Shown one piece after another: positions 56,971-64,000 of a stretch of DNA of 64,000 bases (the stretch's first letter is position 1; the number at the start of each line of letters is the position of its first letter). Made by a program: the position numbers and the translations under genes. Below the pieces are notes generated by a model, which was not told the origin of the DNA, made no database searches, and saw nothing but the letters and a program-made list of their open reading frames with translations. The DNA is from an uncultured Clostridia bacterium. Lineage in GTDB: Bacteria; Bacillota; Clostridia; Oscillospirales; Acutalibacteraceae. The stretch is taken from NCBI GenBank assembly GCA_947598155.1, contig CANQFC010000005.1, positions 81,115-145,114 on the forward strand. The letters run 5' to 3'.

Positions 56971-57680
56971 TTATTTTTCCCGCGATAGATTTATTTGAGG
57001 GTAAAGTTGTTCGCCTTTACAGGGGCGATTACAATAAAATGACGGTTTACAGCGATAATCCGCCCGAAATTGCGGAGGATTTTAAAAAATGCGGAGCGTC
57101 TCACATTCACATTGTGGATTTAGAGGGAGCTAAAAACGGCACAACTCCGAATTTTTACGCTGTAACAAAAATTAAAAATCAAAGCGGCCTTTTTTGCGAG
57201 GTCGGCGGCGGTATCCGCGATATGGGAGTAATTGAACGGTATATTTCGGCCGGAATAGATAGAGTCATTCTCGGCACTGCGGCAGTCACAAGCGAGGGCT
57301 TTGTGAGGGACGCGGTTGGAAAATACGGCGGTAAAATAGCCGTAGGAATCGACATTTTGGACGGATTTGCGGCGATAAAGGGCTGGACTGAAAAAAGCGC
57401 GATTTCAGCGTTTGATTTTTGTGAAAAAATGCAAAATGACGGCGTGGAAACGCTTATTTGCACAGATATTTCCAAAGACGGCGCTATGAAAGGCACAAAT
57501 CACGCCCTTTACAGCGAATTGTCCCGAAGATTTAATATGAAAATAATCGCTTCAGGAGGGGTTTCTTCGCTGAGCGACGTTAAACGGCTTGCGGAAAACA
57601 ATCTTTACGGGGCAATAATCGGCAAAGCGTATTATACAAAAAATATTGATTTGAAACAGGCTGTTGAGGTGGCGAAATGA
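56967..57680 (+). CDS. hisA: ProFAR isomerase
   Basis: IFPAIDL..GKVVRL and VGGGIR motifs. Confidence 0.9.
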   Translation: MIIFPAIDLFEGKVVRLYRGDYNKMTVYSDNPPEIAEDFKKCGASHIHIVDLEGAKNGTTPNFYAVTKIKNQSGLFCEVGGGIRDMGVIERYISAGIDRVILGTAAVTSEGFVRDAVGKYGGKIAVGIDILDGFAAIKGWTEKSAISAFDFCEKMQNDGVETLICTDISKDGAMKGTNHALYSELSRRFNMKIIASGGVSSLSDVKRLAENNLYGAIIGKAYYTKNIDLKQAVEVAK

Positions 57681-58435
57681 TTACAAAAAGAATTATACCC
57701 TGCCTTGACGTAAGGGACGGACGAGTAGTAAAGGGCGTAAATTTTAAAGGGCTTAAAGACGTGTCTTCCCCTGTAAAGCTCGCGGAATTTTATTCGGACT
57801 GCGGCGCTGACGAGCTTGTGTTTTACGATATAACGGCGTCTTCCGACGGGCGTGAAATTTTTACCGATATTTTGATTGAAACAGCGAAAAAAGTGTTTAT
57901 CCCATTGACAGTCGGCGGCGGGATAAACACGGTTGCGGATTTTGACCGGGTGCTGAAGTGCGGCGCGGATAAAGTCAGCGTCAATTCAGGCGCCGTCAAA
58001 AATCCTGCGATTATTTCAGAGGCCGCAAAGCTGTACGGCAACCAGTGCGTTGTGCTTTCGGTCGATGTTAAACGGGTCGACGGAGTATTCAGGGTCTTTG
58101 CCAAGGGCGGACGTGAAAATACGGGGCTGGAGGCAGTGAGCTGGATTAAATACTGCGTTGAGAACGGCGCGGGCGAAGTCGTGGTAAATTCAATGGATAC
58201 CGACGGCGTTAAGGGAGGCTTTGATTTAGAGCTTCTGAACGCTGTCTGCGACGCTGTTTCCGTTCCGGTTATAGCTTCGGGAGGAGCCGGGAAAATTGAA
58301 GATTTCATCACGCTTTTTAAGAAAATTCCAAAGGTAGACGCGGGTCTTGCGGCGTCTATATTCCATTTCGGAGAGGTAAAAATATCGGAGCTTAAAGAGC
58401 AAATGTTTAAGGCAAATATTCCTGTTAGGAGATAA
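57677..58435 (+). CDS. hisF: imidazole glycerol phosphate synthase, cyclase subunit
   Basis: RIIPCLDVRDGRVVKG, TVGGGI and ASGGAG motifs. Confidence 0.9.
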   Translation: MITKRIIPCLDVRDGRVVKGVNFKGLKDVSSPVKLAEFYSDCGADELVFYDITASSDGREIFTDILIETAKKVFIPLTVGGGINTVADFDRVLKCGADKVSVNSGAVKNPAIISEAAKLYGNQCVVLSVDVKRVDGVFRVFAKGGRENTGLEAVSWIKYCVENGAGEVVVNSMDTDGVKGGFDLELLNAVCDAVSVPVIASGGAGKIEDFITLFKKIPKVDAGLAASIFHFGEVKISELKEQMFKANIPVRR

Positions 58436-58437
58436 AA

Positions 58438-59088
58438 ATGATAAAAATTGACGAACTTAAATTTGACGAAAAAGGGCTGATACCTGCAATAGTTGTTGAT
58501 TCTGTCAGCAAAAAGATACTGACATTGGCATATATGAATCGGGAAAGCCTTAAAATATCAATGGAAAAAGGGCTTACCTGTTTTTGGAGCAGGTCAAGGC
58601 AAAAGCTATGGCTTAAAGGCGAAACCAGCGGAAATTATCAGCACATAGTTTCAATTACGGCTGATTGCGACAAAGACGCTCTTGTAGTTTCGGTAATGCC
58701 CGACGGCCCTGCCTGCCACCAAGGCACATTTTCCTGCTTTAACGATAAAGTATATCAAAGCGGGGAATATGAGGATTTTTCATATGAAGAGCTTATGGAA
58801 CTTATTAAGGGCAGAAAAACAGAGAAAAAAGAGGGCTCTTACACAACGTATCTTTTTGAAAAAGGGCTTGACAAAATCCTTAAAAAGGTAGGCGAGGAGA
58901 GTACGGAGGTCATTATAGCCGCAAAAGAGCGGGACAGAGCGGAAACGGTTTATGAAATTGCCGACCTTGCGTACCATGTAATGGTGCTGATGATAGAGGC
59001 GGGCATTGACCTTGCGGATATTCACAAAGAACTCGCCTCACGCCATGTTATAGACAGCAAGGTAAAACAGGAAAAAATGACGAAATAA
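58438..59088 (+). CDS. hisI: bifunctional phosphoribosyl-AMP cyclohydrolase / phosphoribosyl-ATP pyrophosphatase
   Basis: GLIPAIVVD...WSRSRQKLWLKGETSGN...DCD, plus the C-terminal HisE part SYTTYLF...EEStEVIIAAK. Confidence 0.9.
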   Translation: MIKIDELKFDEKGLIPAIVVDSVSKKILTLAYMNRESLKISMEKGLTCFWSRSRQKLWLKGETSGNYQHIVSITADCDKDALVVSVMPDGPACHQGTFSCFNDKVYQSGEYEDFSYEELMELIKGRKTEKKEGSYTTYLFEKGLDKILKKVGEESTEVIIAAKERDRAETVYEIADLAYHVMVLMIEAGIDLADIHKELASRHVIDSKVKQEKMTK

Positions 59089-59100
59089 GAGTGATTCGCA

Positions 59101-60030
59101 ATGACAAAGGTGTTTATTGACGGGAGCGCCGGCACAACGGGGCTCAGAATTTATGAGCGTTTAGACAAAAGAAAAGACATTGAGCTTATACGTTTAAGCG
59201 AAGAAAAAAGAAAAGATTTAAATGCAAGAAAAAAAGCGCTTAACTTGGCCGATATTGCGTTTTTATGCCTGCCGGATGAGGCGGCAAAGCAAGCTGTATC
59301 GCTTATAGATAACGATAAAACGGTTATTATTGATACGTCTACCGCGCACAGAACCGCGCAAGGGTGGGCATACGGCTTTCCGGAACTCGCAGGCATCAGA
59401 GAGATAATAAAACATTCAAAGCGAATAGCGAATCCGGGGTGCCACGCAAGCGGGTTTATATCCCTTATAAAACCGCTTACAGAGCGCGGATTGCTCCCGA
59501 AGGACGCGGTTTTGTCCGCGTTTTCGCTGACAGGCTATTCCGGCGGCGGCAAAAAAATGATTGCCGATTACGAAAATGAAGAGAATAAAAAAGCCTTACT
59601 CGCTCCCAGAAGTTACGGTATTTCGCAAACGCACAAGCATTTGCCCGAGATGAGCAAAATTTGCGGTCTTGATAAATTGCCTTTATTCACACCGATTGTT
59701 TCAAGCTATTATTCGGGTATGGAGGTCGTAATAACGCTCGCGAAAGAGCAGATAAACGGCGGCTTTGAGGATATTAAAAATATTTACAGGTCTTATTACA
59801 CCGGTAAAACGGTAAAGTACCGTGAAAATACCGATGAAGGCGGTTTTCTTTCGGCGTCGGCTTTTTCAGGCAGAGATGATATGGAGATAAGCGTATTCGG
59901 TAATGACGACAGAATAATGCTTGTATCCCGATTTGACAACCTCGGAAAAGGCGCCTCCGGCGCGGCGATACAAAATATGAATATTGTTCTGGGGATTCCA
60001 GAAACCACAGGACTTAATATAGGAGAATAA
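59101..60030 (+). CDS. argC: N-acetyl-gamma-glutamyl-phosphate reductase (short, type-2 form)
   Basis: IDGSAGTTG and NPGCHASGF active-site Cys region; 309 aa. Confidence 0.85.
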   Translation: MTKVFIDGSAGTTGLRIYERLDKRKDIELIRLSEEKRKDLNARKKALNLADIAFLCLPDEAAKQAVSLIDNDKTVIIDTSTAHRTAQGWAYGFPELAGIREIIKHSKRIANPGCHASGFISLIKPLTERGLLPKDAVLSAFSLTGYSGGGKKMIADYENEENKKALLAPRSYGISQTHKHLPEMSKICGLDKLPLFTPIVSSYYSGMEVVITLAKEQINGGFEDIKNIYRSYYTGKTVKYRENTDEGGFLSASAFSGRDDMEISVFGNDDRIMLVSRFDNLGKGASGAAIQNMNIVLGIPETTGLNIGE

Positions 60031-60032
60031 AT

Positions 60033-61253
60033 ATGAATTTTAAAATGATAGAGGGCGGCATCTGCGCTCCGTTAGGTTTTACCGCGTCCGGAATACACTG
60101 CGGAATACGAAAAAACAAAGAAAAAAAGGACCTCGCGCTGATAATGTGTGAAAAAGAATGCGATACCGCGGCGGTTTTTACAAAAAATTTAGTTTACGGC
60201 GCGCCGATTACCGTTACTCGTGAAAATATTTCAGACGGAAAAGCGAGGGGAGTTATCTGCAACAGCGGTATAGCAAATACATGCAGTCCCGACGGTGTGG
60301 AAAAGGCAAAAGCTATGTGTGAATTGGCGGCGGAGGCAACGGGAACAAAAGCGTCCGATTTTATAGTATCTTCCACCGGAGTTATAGGGCCGTCAATAAA
60401 CATTGAACCTATAAAAAACGGTATGCCGCGCCTTGTAAAGGAGTTAAGCTCTGACGGTTCTGACGCCGCGGCTAAAGCAATTATGACGACCGATACGGTA
60501 AAAAAAGAATTTGCCGTTGAATTTGTACTCGGCGGGAAAATATGCAGAATAGGGGCAATCGCCAAGGGTAGCGGAATGATTCACCCTAATATGGCTACAA
60601 TGCTTTGTTTTATAACGACCGACGCGGATATTTCGCCTGAATGCCTTAAAAGCGCGCTCCTTTCCGTGACGGACGACAGCTTTAATATGCTTTCTGTTGA
60701 CGGGGACACCTCAACAAACGATACTGTTGCGATTTTGGCGTCGGGACTTTGCGGAAATGAAAGAATAGAATCCGAAAACAGCGACTATGCTGTGTTTACA
60801 CAGGCGCTTTCGGCTCTCTGCAAAAAGACGGTAAGGCTTATGGCGAAAGACGGAGAGGGAGCGACAAAACTTGTTGAATGTTTTGTATCGGGCGCCGAAA
60901 GCCGAGAAATCGCGAGGATATGCGCTAAGTCGGTTATTTCATCTTCCCTTGTAAAGGCGGCAATGTTCGGCGCCGACGCCAACTGCGGCAGAATACTTTG
61001 CGCGATAGGTTATTCGGGCGCCCGGATAGACGCCGGCAAAATCGGAATAGATTATATATCCGACCGCGGAAAAGTTACAGTGTGCAAAAACGGCGTTGTA
61101 ATAGACTTTTCGGAAGAAAAGGCGAAAGAGATTTTGTCCGCAGATGAAATACAGATAGCAGTTTCTCTTAACAGCGGGACTGAAAAAGCGACCGCTTGGG
61201 GTTGCGATTTGACTTACGATTATGTTAAAATAAACGGCGATTACCGTAGCTGA
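60033..61253 (+). CDS. argJ: bifunctional ornithine acetyltransferase / N-acetylglutamate synthase
   Basis: KGSGMIHPNMATML autoprocessing site region and TTDT. Confidence 0.9.
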   Translation: MNFKMIEGGICAPLGFTASGIHCGIRKNKEKKDLALIMCEKECDTAAVFTKNLVYGAPITVTRENISDGKARGVICNSGIANTCSPDGVEKAKAMCELAAEATGTKASDFIVSSTGVIGPSINIEPIKNGMPRLVKELSSDGSDAAAKAIMTTDTVKKEFAVEFVLGGKICRIGAIAKGSGMIHPNMATMLCFITTDADISPECLKSALLSVTDDSFNMLSVDGDTSTNDTVAILASGLCGNERIESENSDYAVFTQALSALCKKTVRLMAKDGEGATKLVECFVSGAESREIARICAKSVISSSLVKAAMFGADANCGRILCAIGYSGARIDAGKIGIDYISDRGKVTVCKNGVVIDFSEEKAKEILSADEIQIAVSLNSGTEKATAWGCDLTYDYVKINGDYRS

Positions 61254-61271
61254 AAACTCGGAGGCAGTATA

Positions 61272-62138
61272 ATGGAAAATTTTTCAAACGCGGAACGCGC
61301 GGAGGTTTTAACGCAGGCGCTTCCCTATATAAAACGCTATGTAGGCAAAGTTGTAGTTGTAAAATACGGCGGCAACGCCATGATAAACGAGAGCCTTAAA
61401 AAGCAGGTTATGGAGGACATTGTTCTTTTGTGGCTTATCGGCGTTAAGGTAGTGCTTGTTCACGGCGGCGGCCCTGAAATAAACGACCTTATGAACAGGC
61501 TCGGCAAAAAGGCGGAGTTTGTTGACGGCCTGCGCGTTACCGACAAAGAAACCGTTGATATTGTTGAAATGGTGCTTGCGGGAAAAGTGAATAAATCGCT
61601 TGTGAACCTTCTTCAGATGAACGGCGGAAAGGCAATGGGCGTTTCGGGAATCGACGGCAGGCTTATAGAGGCAAAAATGAAAGATAAACGGCTCGGCTTT
61701 GTGGGCGAAATTACAAGAGTGCGCATAGGCGCAGTCGAGGATTTGCTTGAAAAGGGTTATATTCCCGTAATTTCAACGGTAGGATGCGATAAAAAGGGAA
61801 ACACCTACAACATTAACGGCGATACTGCGGCGGCGTTTATCGCAGGAGCATTGAAAGCCGAAAGACTTATAATGATGACGGACATCGCGGGAGTTTTAAT
61901 GGATAAAGACGACCCTTCAACGCTTATCCCAGAGCTTACCGTTACCGAGGCTCAGTCTCTAAAAAAAGACGGCATTATTGCCGGCGGTATGATACCTAAG
62001 GTGGACTGCTGTGTTGAGGCTATCGGCAAGGGCGTTGAAAACGTTACTATAATGGACGGCAGAATTCCGCATTCAATTCTTATGGAGCTTCTCACGGCAG
62101 AGGGCGCCGGCACTATGGTCACAGGAGATAAAAAATGA
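61272..62138 (+). CDS. argB: acetylglutamate kinase
   Basis: VVVKYGGNAM, VLVHGGGPEI and NINGDTAA motifs. Confidence 0.9.
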   Translation: MENFSNAERAEVLTQALPYIKRYVGKVVVVKYGGNAMINESLKKQVMEDIVLLWLIGVKVVLVHGGGPEINDLMNRLGKKAEFVDGLRVTDKETVDIVEMVLAGKVNKSLVNLLQMNGGKAMGVSGIDGRLIEAKMKDKRLGFVGEITRVRIGAVEDLLEKGYIPVISTVGCDKKGNTYNINGDTAAAFIAGALKAERLIMMTDIAGVLMDKDDPSTLIPELTVTEAQSLKKDGIIAGGMIPKVDCCVEAIGKGVENVTIMDGRIPHSILMELLTAEGAGTMVTGDKK

Positions 62139-63301
62139 ATTTACAAAGTACCGATAAAAAATATATAGCAAATACATACAACCGCTTTCCCGTAAGCATA
62201 GTCTCAGGTAAGGGCTCGGTAGTAAAAGATGAAAACGGCAAGGAGTATATAGACTTAGGTTCGGGCATAGGCGTAACGTCTTTCGGCGTTGCCGATGAAA
62301 TTTGGCAGAACGCCGTAAAAGAACAAATTGCGAAGGTTCAGCATATGTCAAATCTATATTACACGGAGCCCTGCATACGCCTTGCGGAGATTCTCTGCGA
62401 AAGAACGGGAATGAAAAAGGTGTTCTTTTCAAATTCGGGCGCCGAGGCAAACGAATGCGCTATTAAAGTAGCAAGAAAATACGCAGGCGGCAAATACGGT
62501 GAAAACCGCTATACAATAATAACGCTTAATAACAGCTTTCACGGCAGAACGCTCACTACTCTTTCGGCAACGGGTCAGGAGCATTACCATGAGCTTTTCA
62601 CCCCCTTAACTCCCGGCTTTAAAAGCGTTGACGCCGGCGATTTAGAGGCAATAAAGAAAATTCACGCCGAAACACCCGCCGCGGGCGTTCTTATAGAGTG
62701 TATTCAGGGCGAGGGCGGAGTTTTGCCGGTAGATAAGGGCTTTGTTGAGGCTTTGAGCGATTGGTGCAATGAAAACGACGTTCTTTTTATGGTAGATGAG
62801 GTTCAGACGGGCAACGGCAGAACAGGCGAGCTTTACTGCTATATGAATTACGGGGTTACGCCCGATGTCGTTTCCACAGCCAAGGGTCTTGCAGGCGGGC
62901 TCCCGTTAGGCGCAACTCTTATCGGAGAAAAGGCGCAAGACGTTCTCGGCTACGGCGACCACGGCTCAACATTTGGCGGAAATCCCGTTTGCTGTGCGGC
63001 GGCATTAAGCATTATTGAGCGAATTGACGATTCTTTTCTCTCTGAGGTTAAAGATAAAAGCCGCGCGGCATTTGAATCGCTCAGCGGCGCCAAGGGTGTT
63101 GAAAGCGTCAGCGGAATCGGGCTTATGATAGGAATTAAAACAAAAAGACCCGCGGCCGATGTAGTTAAGGAATCAATGGAAAACGGCGTTCTCTGCCTTA
63201 CAGCTAAAGATAAGGTGCGCTTACTTCCTGCTCTCAATATTCCGAAGGAAACGCTTTTAAGGGCGATTGAAGTTATTAAAACCGCGTGCGCGAATGTGTA
63301 A
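62135..63301 (+). CDS. argD: acetylornithine aminotransferase
   Basis: [21 protein letters not shown] and STFGGNP motifs. Confidence 0.9.
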   Translation: MNLQSTDKKYIANTYNRFPVSIVSGKGSVVKDENGKEYIDLGSGIGVTSFGVADEIWQNAVKEQIAKVQHMSNLYYTEPCIRLAEILCERTGMKKVFFSNSGAEANECAIKVARKYAGGKYGENRYTIITLNNSFHGRTLTTLSATGQEHYHELFTPLTPGFKSVDAGDLEAIKKIHAETPAAGVLIECIQGEGGVLPVDKGFVEALSDWCNENDVLFMVDEVQTGNGRTGELYCYMNYGVTPDVVSTAKGLAGGLPLGATLIGEKAQDVLGYGDHGSTFGGNPVCCAAALSIIERIDDSFLSEVKDKSRAAFESLSGAKGVESVSGIGLMIGIKTKRPAADVVKESMENGVLCLTAKDKVRLLPALNIPKETLLRAIEVIKTACANV

Positions 63302-63311
63302 AGGTGAAAGT

Positions 63312-64000
63312 ATGGATTTAAAAGGAAGGCATTTTTTAAAGCTGTTGGATTTTACCCCCGAAGAGATAAATTATCTTCTTGATTTGGCGGCGGAGCTTAA
63401 AAATAAAAAGAAAAACGGAATTTCACACAGGCTGTGCGAGGGCAAAAACGTGGCTTTGATTTTTGAAAAAACAAGCACGCGTACACGCTGTGCGTTTGAG
63501 GTTGCGGCGGCAGATCTCGGTATGCACCCCGTTTATCTTGACCCGCAGGGTTCGCAGATAGGAAAAAAAGAGAGCATTGCGGACACAGCAAGGGTACTCG
63601 GCAGAATGTTTGACGGAATCGAGTACCGAGGTTACGGTCAGGAAATAGTCGAAGAGTTGGCGAAATATGCGGGAGTTCCGGTTTGGAACGGGCTTACGAA
63701 TGAATTTCACCCCACGCAGATACTCGCGGATTTTCTGACTATTCGCGAGCATTTCGGCGCTCTTTCAGGCAAAAAGCTTGTCTATATGGGCGACGCAAGG
63801 TACAATATGGGCAATTCTTTGATGGTAGGCGCGGCAAAAATGGGTATGCACTTTACCGCCTGCGCCCCCAAAAAGTATTTTCCTGACGGTATGCTTGTAA
63901 AAAAATGTATGGAAATCGCGGAGAAAACAGGCGCGGTTATCGAATTTGTTGAAGACCCCACGGCGGCAACGGCAAACGCCGATGTAATTTACACGGACGT
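63312..64000 (+). CDS. argF: ornithine carbamoyltransferase (3' end beyond the window)
   Basis: Hand-translated [19 protein letters not shown]...[13 protein letters not shown]. Absent from the ORF track because no stop lies within the window. Confidence 0.85.
   Translation, partial: MDLKGRHFLKLLDFTPEEINYLLDLAAELKNKKKNGISHRLCEGKNVALIFEKTSTRTRCAFEVAAADLGMHPVYLDPQGSQIGKKESIADTARVLGRMFDGIEYRGYGQEIVEELAKYAGVPVWNGLTNEFHPTQILADFLTIREHFGALSGKKLVYMGDARYNMGNSLMVGAAKMGMHFTACAPKKYFPDGMLVKKCMEIAEKTGAVIEFVEDPTAATANADVIYTD

Noticed and set aside
57823-58311. 162-aa minus-strand ORF, and similar antisense ORFs across the his/arg genes (e.g. 53361..53697, 60194..60565, 62073..62450)
   Set aside because: These are antisense to strongly supported biosynthetic genes, with Ser/Pro/Thr-rich composition typical of shadow frames.

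Overview
The window looks like a chromosomal segment from a Clostridia-like Firmicute. That assignment is an inference from agr-type signalling genes, DUF3795, frequent GTG/TTG starts, ATGA-overlapped operons and general gene content; no database search was possible.

Layout, left to right:
- 1..7.5 kb: an AgrA/AgrC-like LytTR two-component pair with no agrBD. It is followed by a large secreted S8 subtilase with leucine-rich repeats, a 43-codon ORF and two lipoproteins. About 190 bp of the protease promoter and 5' end is duplicated upstream of the two-component genes.
- 7.6..13.2 kb: a decayed integrative island at tRNA-Ala(GGC), bounded by ~95-bp direct repeats that contain the tRNA 3' end. 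It holds two fragments of a phage tape-measure gene. These are separated by a very AT-rich cassette encoding a TIR-domain protein, two small paralogous proteins and a double zinc-ribbon protein. I rate this cassette the best candidate for an undescribed system (putative anti-phage defence).
- 13.7..16.6 kb: housekeeping genes (ogt, SGNH hydrolase, esterase, DUF3795) and tRNA-Pro(CGG).
- 16.8..44.2 kb: a ~27-kb surface-glycan locus. It contains glycosyltransferases (GTs), rfbAB plus an NDP-hexose 2,3-dehydratase/3-ketoreductase branch, an ATP-grasp enzyme, two CMP-sugar-synthetase-like genes, wzx, an EpsG-like polymerase and acyltransferases. It also carries three G9-G10 homopolymer tracts, an internal 127-bp duplication, a frameshifted GT2 and an IS remnant.
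- 44.6..45.1 kb: three tandem copies of a ~140-bp structured repeat. Full or partial copies are scattered through at least eight other intergenic regions of the window.
- 45.2..48.6 kb: a complete agr-type locus in the order agrD-agrB, divergent from xre-agrA-agrC.
- 48.9..64.0 kb: an aldo/keto reductase, a TetR regulator, a TrpR/YerC-like regulator, a hisZGDCBHAF(IE) operon and argCJBDF. The his and arg blocks are separated by only 12 nt.

No CRISPR array or rRNA was seen. All functional calls rest on motif recognition in the supplied translations.
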